This document shows, piece by piece, positions 1 to 13,914 of a DNA stretch of 64,000 nt; position 1 is the first letter of the stretch; each line of letters begins with the position of its first letter. The stretch is from the NCBI GenBank assembly GCA_053919585.1, contig CM132790.1; one strand, given 5' to 3'. This DNA is from Euprymna scolopes (taxonomy: Eukaryota). Made by a program: the position numbers and the translations under genes. The notes beneath the pieces were generated by a model that had not been told where the DNA came from, did not search any database, and saw only the letters and a list, made by a program, of their open reading frames with translations.

Positions 1-370
1 TAGAATCGAAAACGAAACCGCAGTGTGCAAAATTAGTGATGTCACCACTGTACTAATGCATATAAAATGATAAAAATTAAAAATAAACTATGCTGAATGT
101 ACAAAATGTTACGTTTTTTTTTTTTCAATTTTTACTCAGTTTTGATCCCTCTTAAAATTTTATCCTGCTGGAGCCACATAAAAAAAAACAAAAGAACGGT
201 CTGTATAAATCTAATCATTTGAGGTCCCTTGAGTCTCTAAGCGACTAATAGTTTTAGAGGAGATAGAGCTTAAAATATGAAGACAGAAAGACGAACACAC
301 AGGCAGACCGAAAGACTTACAGACCGACAGATAGACAGACAGATAGAATGAGAGACATACAGACATATAG

Positions 371-375
<5 letters not shown>
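1..375 (-). mobile_element. Non-autonomous Helitron-like element (family B), 5' part
   Basis: Reverse-complement similarity to the complete copy at 54379-54873; (GACA)n-like tract near the head; runs into a (TA)n array. Confidence 0.55.
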
Positions 376-424
<49 letters not shown>

Positions 425-429
<5 letters not shown>

Positions 430-829
430 TGGAAATGTCTCCGTGTGTGTGTGTCTGTATACATATTCCTACCAAATACCTCTGTCAGTTTTCGATCTCC
501 AAACTAAAGGTTTGACATAAGGAGAGTTCGGAAATTTGGCTGTCAAGAGGTCAAAGCTCTAGCAAACTCCTCCGCCAATGTTTGATCTTAACACTTGAAA
601 TTTTAGATGTAGATTACTTGGATATGGGTAAAACTTTGTATTTTGCCGTGAGACCAAAATAATAAATGTTAAGGAGGTCAACTTTGGGTTCCAAGTGTAA
701 AAAAGAATTGACCTCCACGATCTCTACGAAATTACTCAGACGAATTTCTGTTTAACATAAAGTGTATTCAAACGTAGGGAAAGTTATGAATAGTACATAG
801 AGGCGTAGCAAATCCGGGCTGAACTGCTA

Positions 830-830
<1 letters not shown>
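425..830 (+). mobile_element. Non-autonomous Helitron-like element (family A)
   Basis: Similar to 888-1289, 3666-4078 and 9249-9653; head has (TG/TCTG)n; ends ...ccgggctgaactgCTAG|T. Confidence 0.6.
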
Positions 831-887
<57 letters not shown>

Positions 888-892
<5 letters not shown>

Positions 893-1289
893 TGAACGTG
901 TCTGTGTGTCTGTCTGTCTGTGTACATTTCCCTACGCAATAACTCTGTCAATTTTTAGTCTATAGACTCGAAATTTTAAATACCGGGTACTGAGATATGG
1001 GAAAATCGATGTGACGAGTGTCAGCCAGAAATTTGGCTGTAAAGGGGTCAAATTTCAACGATTTGACCTTTAAGAACTCTACCAAACTCCTCCGACAATT
1101 TTGGGTCTAGACACTTGAAATTTTAGATATAGTTTCCTTGAACCTGGATCTAACTTAATAAAGTGATTTGAGCCCGAAACTATAAATTTTAAGGGGTCAT
1201 ATTAGGGGTCAATTTTTAAAAAATAAACCATTTTTTTTTGTTTTTTTGCTTTTTTTGCACAGCATACACCTCCAAACACCCGAGCAACG
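888..1289 (+). mobile_element. Non-autonomous Helitron-like element (family A), 3' end in N-gap
   Basis: High similarity to 9249-9653; reaches the subterminal hairpin motif cccgagcaacg at the gap. Confidence 0.6.
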
Positions 1290-1459
1290 NNNNNNNNNNN
1301 NNNNNNNNNNNNNNNNNNNNNNNNNNNNNNNNNNNNNNNNNNNNNNNNNNNNNNNNNNNNNNNNNNNNNNNNNNNNNNNNNNNNNNNNNNNNNNNNNNNN
1401 NNNNNNNNNNNNNNNNNNNNNNNNNNNNNNNNNNNNNNNNNNNNNNNNNCGTACGCACA

Positions 1460-1890
1460 CTTTATTTATAGTACACATATGAAACTCTGGGCCCCTTAGG
1501 AGTAATCTCCTCCGGATGCAATGTACATGTGATACTGGAAGATCTCATGGAAGTTGTCTTTCAATAACCCTCATAACAATCGTTTCTTCCTTCTAATTTT
1601 TCTCATAATGGCATCCGCTAAGGTTTCCTTTGAACTTAGTGAATCATCTCAAGTCAAAGCGATCAAAGCCTGGTTCATAATGAGGATGAGTAACTATCTT
1701 GATGCCTATTTTGGTCAAATAGTCTCTGCCAAGGATGAAGGTGTGAACTGATGCATTGTGCGGTTGGAAATGCCACTGACCCAATTTAAAGAGACCTTCC
1801 CTTTTTCAACGGAATCTCTTTCTGAATTTCATTAAAAGCTCAATAGGGTATTCCTCGTTAACTGTCTGTCCAGTGAACACCTAGTGCATG
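1460..1890 (-). mobile_element. Decayed mariner transposase remnant
   Basis: Reverse complement gtacattgcatccggaggagattactcc matches the mariner 3' region at about 36935 (tgcattgcagccggaggagattacttc). Confidence 0.5.
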
Positions 1891-3065
1891 TAAGTCATAC
1901 CCGTGCTGTTAAAAAATCGAATCATCATAAGATTTTGCGTCGATTTGCTCTATCTGGCATTTTTCGATATCGGAGAAGACAGAGAGTTTTTACTGGCAAC
2001 TGTGTCTCTTGGTCTATAAGCCATAACAGCTTTCATCTCAGATCAACGGAGGATCAAGAGCTGCGAGATCTGAATTTATCAGCTCGATTTTTTCCCTGTT
2101 GTTATGAAAACGTCTTTATTTCTGACTTTCCCTGAGCACAATTGAGACAGACCGCACAAACTTTCCGCGTTTTCAATTCCTCGCGACATTAAACGTGACT
2201 TATTGTTTCTATAGATACACGACCGTCCATATTTATGAAATTCTTTATTTGGCCAATTAATTATAGTGTTCTGATTACCTTACGTCTTTCACGCCTCCCA
2301 TTATTAATCCCATCCACTCTCCTTTCCTTCAATCTCATATGCTCCTAAAAAAACTGATGATCGATTCATGCAAGATGGTTCAAAATCAATCCGACTCATT
2401 CCATAACATTCTGTGGCATTTTGTTTCAAATTTACAAGATATTTTTTTTTTACATCACGTTCTTCTAAAATGTCTTCATGTCCAGATTGCATTTATGAAA
2501 GTAATCATCTGTGAGACATAGGCTTTAGTAGGGTGTATTCCAATTCTTGCTGCGTCTATTTATTCGAACCTGAAATCATAACATTTAGTCAGTCATGTGT
2601 TTTCTTGTGTCTGCCATTAAAGAACGAAACGGTCCGGAAGACGAAGGAAGATTCCAATCCGAATGCCACCAGGGTGAAGAGGTCATCTTGAGAGAATGGA
2701 GGAGCCACACACCCGCATCCAACATCTCAGGTATGCTTTTCTTCTCGATACACAGATCCTAATGACTGGCCCATCTTCACATCATCATGGGGCCGTTTCT
2801 AAGACCTTTAGTTTAACACGTGAAGCCGATCACACACCAGTGACCGGCTGATCGTGTTATATAACTTCTCACTCGACAATCGCACACACATAAAAATAAA
2901 TCAACTTCTATACATGATGCGATTTTGCTAAAAAAAATATATATAGCCTCTTTGAAGTATTGATGATCGCTCACCATTATAAAAATTACATACTGGAACC
3001 CTTAAAAGTCTGCTTCAATACGCATCCATAACTCTTTTTATTCCGCACACGTAACTGACATAAAA

Positions 3066-3340
3066 TAGTTGGTTGTTTTTGTTTTACGGCATATCAACCT
3101 TTTTCAGGTCATTTAATGCCGAATCTTGTTATTTTGAGGAACGATTTTTAATGGAATATATATTTTTTTTAAGTCAGATACTATTTTACCATAAGTTGGG
3201 ACCCTAACAGGTACTACCACTCCGGGTCAGAGTGAACCTGGAAGCAATGCAATTAAAGGGTGGCTCCACACTCCCCAAGGCCCGCAAGGTGGGGCTTCAC
3301 CATCGGATATAGTTTTAGGTCATATCCAGGACCTGACATA
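3066..3340. repeat. SINE-like dispersed repeat; diverged copy at about 33075-33185; the 3066-3125 part recurs at about 53535-53600
   Basis: ccgggtcagagtgaacctgg...ctccacactccccaag...caccatcggatatagttt versus ggagtcagagtggg...ctctacactctccaaag...caccagtgaatgtagttt. Confidence 0.45.
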
Positions 3341-3665
3341 AAAGGGAAACAAACACATACTGCTCTTTCCTTGCTCTGGTGGAACATTCTCCAAATGTAT
3401 AGACAGCATTGGCTGGTGAATGTGCACTGGTTGTCTAGCTTCCAAAGGGTTTTTATTCTGAAAACCGTTCTTAACAGGGGGAAGTTCGGGGTTTGTTATT
3501 CCAAAGGGCATTTTCTTACTTTTAACCTCCCCATATTAAGAGCAACTTTCGGATTAAACGCCCATTGCAGGTTAAACAACAAGTGCACTTTAACCCATAT
3601 GTTTGATAGAAGTTACAACATAATTATATTATGTGGGTAGGTTTTAACGTGCATTATATTAACTA

Positions 3666-4078
3666 CTAGCATGTCAGCTCGACGTTGCCCGGGTGATTGG
3701 AGGTGTATGTTGAGCAAAAAAAAAAAAAAGCGGTCAATTTTTTTTTTAACTTTGACCCCTTAAGCTTTATTCTTTTGGGCTCAAATCAAGTTATTAAGAT
3801 AGATCCATGTCCAAGGAAACTATATCTAAAATTTCAATTGTTTATACCCAAAATTGGCGGAGGAGTTTGGCAGAGTTCTCAAGGGTCAAATCGTTGAACT
3901 TTGACCCTTTAACAGCAAAATTTCTACCCGAAAACGGAGTACAAAGATTTTCCCAAACCTCAGTACCTTGTATATTAAATTTCGAGTCTGTAGACTTAAA
4001 ATTTTACAGAGTTATTCTGTTGGGAAAATACACAGACAGACACACCGACAGACAGACAGTCATTTGCACTTTTATAGA
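3666..4078 (-). mobile_element. Complete non-autonomous Helitron-like element (family A)
   Basis: Minus strand starts TCtataaaagtg, ends cccgggcaacgtcgag...tgCTAG, inserted between A and T. Confidence 0.65.
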
Positions 4079-4589
4079 TATATAAATTGAAACACTAATT
4101 TGGTATATATTTGTTTTTTTAACCACTTTTACTTTCTGTGGAGTACTTTATTATTTAGGAGATGTGTTCTCGCTCATTTTAGAAAATTATGATTGCAGTA
4201 TATCGAGAAGAAAAACACTGGGCTACTTGAAATATACTGTTATCGTTAGGAAGCCGTTATCTACATCTGTTCTCGCTAGATTTAAAGCGTTAATAGAAGC
4301 TTTCTTATAATCATCCAGTACCTGTAGTTTATTGCCCCAAATGCTGTCACTAGAAACCAATTTCCGACAGTGGATGCTTGATTCTTTCATTTGGGCTACG
4401 GTCGCTGGTAAAGATTATGTTCTTGATCTTTCATGCTTCCATCGGGCAACGCCGGTTAACGGGTCCTGCTAGTTAGTATATTAATTTCTCTCTATTAGCG
4501 GTACATATTAAATCATATCATGGCGTTGAAATATTCACATAAATAAACGCTTACTATTGTAATTTCTATTCTCATACTGGGCACCACAT

Positions 4590-5075
4590 TTTTTTTTACA
4601 TGGTAGTCACCACTTTTCAAGGCCCGGAAGCTACTCGGGGATAAGTGTTACTGCGTGTACATTAATCAATGGGATAATATCGTAGCAATCCTTAGTAATG
4701 GAGATTTGATAAATTGTCTTACTGAAGGGGGCGGTTTATCAGGAATTTGTTTATGTTGGACTTGAAGACATCCAAGTTCTAGTCAGGTGGAAAACAGGCA
4801 AATGGAAGAGGGTTCCAAAGGCGTGCAGTTCTAAGAAAGAAGCTTTGTTCATGAGAACCTGCGTTTTAATTTAAGCATATATATAAAAAAAGGAAAAAAA
4901 TATTGACAGTGATTTCAGCTAGGCGAGTGTTATTCATGAAAGAGTGGCGACCAAAGATTGGAGCTAAGATGAGCACTTGCCATGGAAATAGCGATAAAAC
5001 AAAGACAGGCTCGCAACATCTCTTCTGTGGAAGAGAGGTTGCAGGGAAGAGAAAAGGACATCCCCCACTAAGACA
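4590..5075 (-). mobile_element. 5'-truncated CR1-type LINE copy
   Basis: Matches the 3' ORF and UTR of 10535-13680; poly(A) appears as a T-run at about 4589-4597. Confidence 0.85.
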
Positions 5076-5199
5076 CGAATTCATATGAATGAAACTAGAA
5101 TATTAGAAAGAAAAAAAAACTGGTTAACCCAGTCAAAGAGAAAGTCAAACAGTTAAAACTTAAATTGATGGTTAGAATCTAAAAAATGTTTCTTTGGGG

Positions 5200-5850
5200 A
5201 AAGTCTGGAATCCAGTAGAATGCTCCATCTTCACATTAAACAAAATGATGAGAAAATAAAAACAGTCAACCGCTTGGCATTCAGTTGTAAAGTTCCCATC
5301 AGGGGCAGCTAATATATAATGCGACACAAGGAAATGTTTCCTTCGTTTCAACAAGTTTCGGGAGCATATGCCGGAAAGAACAGTTGGAAATTAGTAATAC
5401 ACTAGCTCATATGACTATGCAAACCCTACAGACAGGTGCATTGAAAACGGAGGTATAAAACCTGACATACTTATATGGAACATAAATGAGACAGAAGCAA
5501 CCATTAGTAAATGTTAGTGCCTCAAAAATGCTAGTTTACATTGATGAGAGGAAAAACAGCAAAACACAAAAGTTCTATATACGATATAAAAACAAACTAA
5601 AATCTTCGCAAAGTCTCTAACATCTAAGTAACTAGCTGTAGCTTATGTCCCTGATAGACGCCATCTACATCAAAGTGACAATGTGCCTTGTTTGGAGTGA
5701 AAATGTAATACAAAAAAAAATTATAGTAGCAATTGGACTCATTAAAAGAAAAAGAAATTCAATAATTACGTTTAAAAATACCCGATAAACCAATTGCAAG
5801 AGAGACCCAGAACTGTATTTAAAGAGACGGGCAAAAGAATCGCTCGGTTA
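5200..5850 (+). pseudogene. Remnant of the C-terminus of an RLE-type (R2/R4/NeSL-like) non-LTR retrotransposon
   Basis: Broken frames give KTVNRLAFSCK (zinc-knuckle-like), YIMRHK, KPDILIWN and IVAIGLIK, in the order expected for a CCHC plus PD-(D/E)xK endonuclease. Confidence 0.45.
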
Positions 5851-6675
5851 GAGTTTATAAGATACAGGGTTAATGTCTGGCATCCAGTAGCATTCACCAT
5901 CTCCAGCTAGAATAAAATTAGAAAAAAAAACTCATTTACTACTAACCAAGTGTAGAAAAATAATTTCTTTTGTCTCAAGAGGGAATCTATAAACTACCGA
6001 GATTGAGTTTCTTACTATAAGGCGTTCATTTCGTATTCGTCGGTTCACGCTTTCCGAGTTTCCGCGTTCACACATGGAACAAATAAACACGTTGAATATA
6101 GCAAAGCAATGTTCATGCTGTCGAGGTTTGGAACTCGCGTACACAGTTGTGCATACAACTTTCTCCAGTAATTATCCCAGCGAACAATTTCCCCCCTGTG
6201 GCCGTCTCGAATTAGGCAACACGCGATTTCGTCCAATTCGGGTCGAATGTCTACTAAGCCATGTCTATAAGAGATGATCAGAGAAACTAGGAAGCAATCA
6301 TCTTCGTCGAGGGTAAAATAACAGAACCACTCATCTCGTCTCTTTAAGAATCACTCGGATGCTGCGAATGAAATTGGTTTACCTTCTTATACATAATTGT
6401 GCAATGTATCAAGTTTTTCGTTTCCGTTTCATGCGCCATACTTGCTTAGCAATGTGTTTCTTTAATTTTGTCAAAGTCTGGCATATGGTCATTACGCCAG
6501 ACTTTACTTTACTCTCCTCTATTGACTGTGCAACTTTGTTATATATGTGTCGTGAGAATTGCGTTCACTAACAACAAAAAGGCATGCATATTCTTTTAAA
6601 CATTCATTTATATTAATTCCCTACTAGTTTTATTTTTCGGTTTTCTGATAGAATAATTAAGTTAACTTTTACGTG

Positions 6676-6870
6676 TAATTATTAGGGCTAGGACAACAGC
6701 ATATTCTTTTCATTGTTTTGACTCTCGATTGTGTATCCATTGATATCTTATATGCTTTTATATAGAGTGAAGTGGCTTTCCGTTGATTAACTGTGTCTAA
6801 CTGTGTCGGACATATACTTGAGAGTCAAAACACTGAAAATAATATGCTGTTGTCATAGCCCGAATTATTA
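6676..6870. mobile_element. MITE-like element with about 50-bp terminal inverted repeats
   Basis: gggctaggacaacagcatatt...tgttttgactctc versus gagagtcaaaaca...aatatgctgttgtcatagccc. Confidence 0.55.
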
Positions 6871-6967
6871 TATTCCTGCAGATATTTTACATTATTAAAA
6901 CTTGCTTCATTCAAGATGGTCTACATAAAAAATGTTATTTAAAGTTAGCACATACATTATTATAAGC

Positions 6968-7125
6968 TTTTTTACATGGATCACAACTTATGAAGGCTCG
7001 GAAGCCACTCGTGGATAATGGTTAATGCGTGTACAGTAATCAATGGGATAGTCTCGTAGTAATCGGTAGTAGTGGAGATTTTATTACTAAAGGGAGCAGT
7101 TCATCAGGATTTGTTTATGCGGACT
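6968..7125 (-). mobile_element. CR1-type LINE 3' UTR fragment
   Basis: aaggctcggaagccactc...gtgtacagtaatcaatggga matches the family 3' UTR. Confidence 0.75.
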
Positions 7126-8256
7126 GTTATCCTTATTTCTAAAACTGTTGCTGATTAAGCACGTTTCGACCAACCTATCACCTGGCCTTCTTAATGTGGT
7201 TAATCACAACGAGATAGGAATAACTGTATTCCTAGAAATTACTGTCTTCAATAGTTAGTTGTTTTACGACATTTTGGCTAACTAAACCTGTGGCCTGCTT
7301 TGTGTAGGATTAAAATCGCTTTCTATTGACGATACGCACTTGAGACTGTAAAGATTGCTTGCTTTGCAATATGTTTCTTTAATTCTCCAAAAATCTGGTC
7401 TTTCCTGTCACTATCCTCTATGACAGTGCAAATCTTACAGCTACGTGCAACTTTGTTATATATGTGTCGTGGAATTGCATTCACTAGCAAAACATCTATA
7501 AACATACATATTAATTTAAACATTTACATAGGAAACACGGTTTCAACGCCCAAGCAAGACGATTTGAGTTTCTATAATATAATAGATGTATAAAACTCTC
7601 CCAGGAGGACAATAGAAATGGTTTGTGGGGGCAACCCCACATATAAGACCTTGGTCAATGTAGGGGCAACGCTTCATACCAATTGTCACTATCCAGCTCC
7701 CCTACTCCTCGGGGAGTTGGTCTCCAGTTCCCTTCACTCCTCACTTTAAAAATCGGCCTTGAGCCTAATTTGCTCGGTGGGGGAGCAAATAAATACCCTT
7801 ACCCTTTAGATGCCGAACGTCTGTGTGCCTCCACCTCTAAGTTAACCAGACGAAAAACACCACTGTAAAACTTCAAATTGTATATCCGATTTTACTGAAA
7901 TTAAAACTATATGTATGCTAGCAGGCAACCGGCGTTTCCCGGTCGTAAAATATGCATAAATATATTTTAATTCATACAAAAACTGAGACCTGTGCATGCG
8001 AGTATTATGGTTTTTCTAAACAGTTCAAATCTTTTATTTATATATATACTCTAGCTGAGATCGGAACCAAAACCCGGACAGTGTTTTCACACTTTTTTAA
8101 CAAAGAATCTGTCATGTGAACGATTCAAACATGTGCATTTGTGAAACAATTGATGGATAAAACTTCGATCTCAACATACCATTTTTTTTTCGATGTTAAT
8201 CTCTTAACAGCCCTTTTTCCGGATGAAACTTATAATAACTATAATATAAAAACTAT

Positions 8257-8507
8257 AATGACTTTCCATTCACGTAAAATAACATTTTTCTTCACATTTT
8301 TGTTATCAAGTAAGATCTTTGACTTACTTGCAGTTTCATCAGATATTTTTGTATGCAAAATCAGATTCCGCATTTTGCTAATTCCTACCCTCATATAAGA
8401 AGGAAAGTATTTCTTCGAAACTCCGCGGATTAAGGACTACCCACTTATTAAGTGTTTCCTTTTCAGATTAAATATGTTTTTAACTCTTTTCTAAATTGTT
8501 TTTTAAC
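8257..8507 (+). repeat. HHR-bearing dispersed repeat (second copy at about 50230-50487)
   Basis: Direct similarity between the copies; contains gaaggaa-agta-tttcttc GAAAC tccgcgga TTA with a mutated CUGANGA box. Confidence 0.7.
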
Positions 8508-9248
8508 NNNNNNNNNNNNNNNNNNNNNNNNNNNNNNNNNNNNNNNNNNNNNNNNNNNNNNNNNNNNNNNNNNNNNNNNNNNNNNNNNNNNNNNNNNNNN
8601 NNNNNNNNNNNNNNNNNNNNNNNNNNNNNNNNNNNNNNNNNNNNNNNNNNNNNNNNNNNNNNNNNNNNNNNNNNCCACGGTAAATTGTTTGTTGTTCCTT
8701 TGTTATTTATTTTTTTCTAAAATCCGATTGCTGCATCGGAAAGGCCAGTTAAAAATACATAATATACTTTGTTATTTTCTTTAATTTAATCCCTTTTTTA
8801 GATTTTATTAGACAAAATTTAACTTTTATTTTACCGTGCCAATAAATATGATCATCACTGCATATATAAACCTGTTTACTTAATTCTGCCAGCCTTTGGT
8901 CTACAGAGATAAAACTTAATAGATAGGATATTCGAACCCATGCCAAACTTTATAGTTGTGCTTTAGCCGGGGAACATCGGTTCAAATGTGTGAAAATTAT
9001 AAAAAAAAAACTGTTCCAGATCAAAGTTGATCGACGGCATTACGAATACGCATGCGTAGCATAATAGCTATTGGTTCATGTTTTAATTTTAAGCCTTGCA
9101 TTAAACATGTCTTCATAGCGGAGGCTATGGGGACATGTTTAAAAAGGAAAAATAAATCGTAATTTAAACGTTTTCGGTTCTGTCCTCGGTGGTGTTGCAC
9201 GCGTCATTAAAAGAACTTTTTAAAACCATTACTATATATTGAGTCCAA

Positions 9249-9653
9249 TCTATCTATTATATATATAAAAGTTGACGTGTCTGTGTGTCTGTGTGTGTGT
9301 CTGTGTAAATTTTCCTACGCAATAACTCTGTCAATTTTAAGTTTAAAGACTCGAAATTTGATATACAGGGTACTGAGATTTGGGAAATCTTTTGATCGGT
9401 TTTCGGCCAGAAATTTGGCTGTTAAGGTGCCACGTTCAGAGATTTGACCTTTGAGAACTCTACCAAACTCCTCCGACAATTTCGGGTCCAAAGACTCGAA
9501 ATTTTAGATATAGGTTCTTTGGATATTGATCTAATTTATAACTTGATTTGAACCCAAAACAATAAATGTATAGGGGTTATAATAGGGGTCAATTTAAAAA
9601 AAAATGACTGCTATTTTTTTTTGCTCAACATACAACTCCAAACACCCGGGCAA
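9249..9653 (+). mobile_element. Non-autonomous Helitron-like element (family A), CTAG end lost
   Basis: Starts TCtatctattatatatataaaag; ends cacccgggcaa. Confidence 0.6.
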
Positions 9654-10534
9654 ATATACTATAATAATAAGTTTACAACCTGGCAAAATAATAAATAAAA
9701 TCTGAGGTCATATCACAGTGCACGGTTTTCTCATCACCCGACATTTCATCACCCAACTATTTATCACGGACTATTTACCACTAGACTTTAATTCACATGT
9801 TTGTTTTTTTCACGTAGATACTTAATCATATCAAGACATTTAATCACTTGAGGATTTCCGAAAGGGCTTGAAGGGTATTATTTTTTCACCACATCAAATT
9901 CGTTTGTGCTTTAAGATGAGTCTACATCTGTTTATCTATTTTTGCGAACCGTTGTCATCATTTTCATAATTGTCGTTTATACAGCGAACTATTTGCAGAA
10001 GTGTTTCAATTTTTAAATGAAAAATTAATCAAAATAAATGTCTTGTTTATTGCTCATTTGTTAAAAAGTTTTTTTAAAAAGTGGGTGATATTTGCTTCAA
10101 GCAAACAGAAATCCTCTCCTCTAACCCTTGCATGATTGGCGGGGAGGGATTGTTTTACCCTAGAGATTTTTATCTCGTAAAAAAAAACAATATTGTAAAA
10201 GGGGCTCAAAATTAAACGTAATTTAAACATAATTTTATAAATAATATTATTACATGAATAAATTTTATTTTTTTCTTGGTAGTGATTAATTGTCTCCGTA
10301 TCGGGTGATTAAGTGCCAACGTGATGAACACGTGCAATGAAAGGTTTAGTGAGTATATATCCGTGATTATATTCTGGTGATTAAATGTCAGGTAATTAAA
10401 TGTCGGTAAACCTATATTACAACATAAACTGCTGTATTGCCATTTGGTGAGTGGATCTGGACCCATGCAGTAGTCTCTGGTGGGGCCTCTCGATGTCATA
10501 CTAGTGGGTAATTGTTACGGCTTTATCTTTTCGT

Positions 10535-13500
10535 GTGCTACAAAAAAAAATTCCTGTCTTTTTATCTCTTACTTTCCCTCTTTGTACTTCTCTAACCAAG
10601 TATGCCGACCTATTCCACAAATCCCAAAACCTCAACATGAAAGATCTCCAGAATAAAAACTCGATTAAACCTAGAACCCCATCTTCCAACGTAGACCCCT
10701 ACTACCAGGTCTCCTTCTCCAACATCAGGGGTCTACGTTCCAACCTTCCAGAGGTTGAAACCCAATTACAGGAGACGAAACCAGACATATTATTTCTAAG
10801 TGAAACTGGAATAGGGCCGACCACTTCCCTAGATGAGTTCATAATTAACGGATACTCTATTTTAACAGCTAAATCTGACACCCAAGATCGCCATGGGCAT
10901 GGAATATGTGCCTTCATTAAGGATGGCTTCCCGTGTGGCAGGGATATCTCTAGAGACGATCCTAATTTACTCTATATGTGCTTCAGGGTTGCACTTGCTA
11001 ACACCACTGCATTTATATTTGCCCTCTATAGGCCCCACAACAGCGGAGTTTCTATCTTTAAGAGCATATCTGAGAAAATAGACCACATACTGTCTTCACA
11101 TCCCTCGGCTAACATCCACATCTGTGGTGACTTCAACGTCCATAACGTGGAATGGCTGACCCATTCAAATAAGACAGATGATGAGGGGAGGTTTTGTCAT
11201 GATTTTGCCATTGCTTATGACCTCACTCAGATTGTTCGCGAACCCACCCGTGTGCCCGATACACCCGGTAAATATGCAAGCCTCCTAGACCTTTTTCTCT
11301 CAACTTCCCCTGAGCTATGTTCATGTTCCGTTCATTCTCCTCTAGGATCCTCCGACCACTCCGTCGTATCAGCTAAGATAAAAACGAAATGTAAGAAGCC
11401 CCCAGACGTACCCCTCATCCGTACTGTATACCGATACTCTATGGCTGACTGGGATAGCTTCCTTACATTCATATCTGATTTACCTCTGCACTCCATGTTT
11501 AAAAAGGAAGTGTCCTATATAGTATCAGATCTGACCGAATGGTTAATTGTAGGCATAGACCAATTTCATACCATCTAAAAATTCCAACAAAAATCTAACA
11601 GCCAGCCATGGTTTTCCCCAGAATGTACTGCTGCTATCACGCAAAGAAATCACTTTTTCCATAACTACCCACATAAGAGATGCACTGAGACTAAAGCTGC
11701 TTTCAGGACTGCCTGCAACCACTGTAAAAGAGTAATAAAAAATGCAAGAGAGCTATATGCCCAGTCTGTTAAATCCAAGGTAGCTGATCAGCGGCTTGGT
11801 TCCCACCAGTTTTGGCAAATAACAAATAGGATCCTGACCAGAAGTGTGCGTTCTATCCCAACCATTATCAATGGACTAGAGGTCATCTCGTCTGCGTCAG
11901 ACAAGGGCAAACTATTTGCAAAGAACTTTGCAGCTAATTCTACCCTATGCGACGAAGGCCATCAACTCCCCATATTTCCTCCTATAACACAGAACAAGCT
12001 AGGTAACATACAAATATCCGTGCATTAGGTCGTCAAGCTTATAAAGAACCTTGATTCCAGTAAAGCAACTGGTCCTGAGTGCATCCCAATTATAGTGTTA
12101 AAATTGCTTCAACCAGAACTTGCTCCCATACTAACAAAAACTATTTAAGCGCTGCCTTAAGGAGAAGTGCTTTCTGACTCCCTGGAAGACCTCATCAGTT
12201 TGCCCTGTATTTAAGTATTCAGGTTAGAAGTCATCTCCCTCTCAGTACAGACCAATAAGTCCTTTGTGTGTTATGAGTAAGTTGCTGGAATCCATATTAA
12301 ATAGAGAAAGAGTCAACCACCTCAGCAGGAATAACCTTCTTAGTGACACACAATATAGTTTCTGCTCTGCAAGATCTACCGCTGATGTGCTTACCGTTAT
12401 ATCCCACAGGATTAGCGAATCTCTTGACAAAGGCTTCCTTTCTAGGACAATTGCTCTTGACATATCAAAGGCCTTCGACAAGGTATGACATAAGGGCCTA
12501 CTTCACAAGATTTCCAGCTACGGTATAACTGGAAATGTTTTCTCAATCATTAAATCATGTCTCTCCGATAGGCTCATAAGAGTAGTGGTAGACGGACAAA
12601 AATCGGAGGCCTGCAATATAAATGCTGGAGTCCCTCAGGGGTCAATCCTAGGCCCAACTCTCTTCCTGATCTACGTCAATGACCTCCCTAAACACATACT
12701 TAAATTATTCGTTGACATCTATGCTGATGACACGACCATCTACGGCAACACATCAAAGGCTGTAAATGACAAAGGTCTCTCTGATTTTCTCTCCTCTGAT
12801 CTCGAGCGCGTGGTTCAGTGGGGGAAGATGTGCTAGTTACCTTTAATGCATCTAAAAGCAAACTCCTATCCTTAAATCATCAACGTTCTGATCCCCATCT
12901 GGCATCAATTGTGATGGATGACTCTCATCTGGGTGAGGCCCCGTGTTTTGACAAGCTTCTGGGTTTGACCTTTACTCCTGATCTGAAATGGAACACGTAC
13001 ATCAAGTCTGTTGCCAAGGTCGCTGGAAAGATGGTGGGATCCTTCTACCGCTCCAGAAGATATCTCACTACTGATGCAATTCTCTATCTATATAAAAGCC
13101 AAGTACGTCCAAGGATGGAATACTGTTGCCATATCTGGGCAGGAGCTGTTAAAAACAGCCTATACTGCCTTGACAGAGTACAAAATCAACTTTGTGGCTT
13201 AGTGGGAGATACGCTTTTCTCTGCCCTGCAACCTCTCTCCCACCGAAGGGACGTTGCGAGCCTATCCTTGTTTTATCGTTATTTCCATGGCAGGTGCCCC
13301 TCTGAACTCCAATCTCTGGTCCTCCTTAGCCAATCTTTCAGGAAAAACACCCGTCTTGCTGAATCCACTGTGAAAAATTTCCCCCACTCTATATCTGTGC
13401 CTAAATCAAAACGCGGATTCCATGAACAAAGCTTCTTTCTTAGAACTGCACGCTTGTGGAACTCTGTTCCGTCTGCCTGCTTCTCACCGGACTACAGCTT

Positions 13501-13680
13501 GGATGTCTTCAAGTCCAATGTTAACAAATTCCTAATGAATCGCCCCCTTAGGTAAACACTTCATCAAATCTCCACACTAACGTAATGTACTTGCAATAAC
13601 CCTTATCCCTGAGTGGCTTCCGGGCCTTGATAAGTAGTGATCACTGTGTAAAAAAAAAAAATAAAAAATAAAAAAAATAA
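10535..13680 (+). mobile_element. Near-full-length CR1-clade (Zenon-like, apparently single-ORF) LINE, inactivated; 5' boundary uncertain
   Basis: APE endonuclease motifs NIRGL, SETG, GDFN, LLDL, SDH; RT motifs PQGSILGP and YADD; C-terminal YKSQVRPRMEYCCHIW; stops at 11576, 12026 and 12486 plus frameshifts; A-rich tail at 13650-13680. Confidence 0.93.
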
Positions 13681-13835
13681 CTGTGCTGCTTTTTTTTGTT
13701 GTTACACTCGTGTATGTTTATTTGCACAGCTCACCCAACTTCGTTGAGTAATGTAATCTTAATGATGAAATGAAGCTGACAACGTGTAAAGGTGTTTCTT
13801 TATCTACGGTTATATTTCATTTCCTCTAGTGCGCG

Positions 13836-13914
<79 letters not shown>

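Noticed and set aside
6430-7530. Diverged direct repeat (about 6430-6620 versus 7350-7530) with a small internal hairpin
   Set aside because: No recognisable coding motif or termini; left unclassified
10455-10520. HDV-like ribozyme upstream of the CR1 ORF
   Set aside because: The P3/L3 region is too short and there is no P1.1 GG after the putative P1
13755-13840. HHR-like atgatga...gacaac gt gta followed by agtgcgc and (TA)n
   Set aside because: Both core boxes are altered and there is no helix II; too decayed to count
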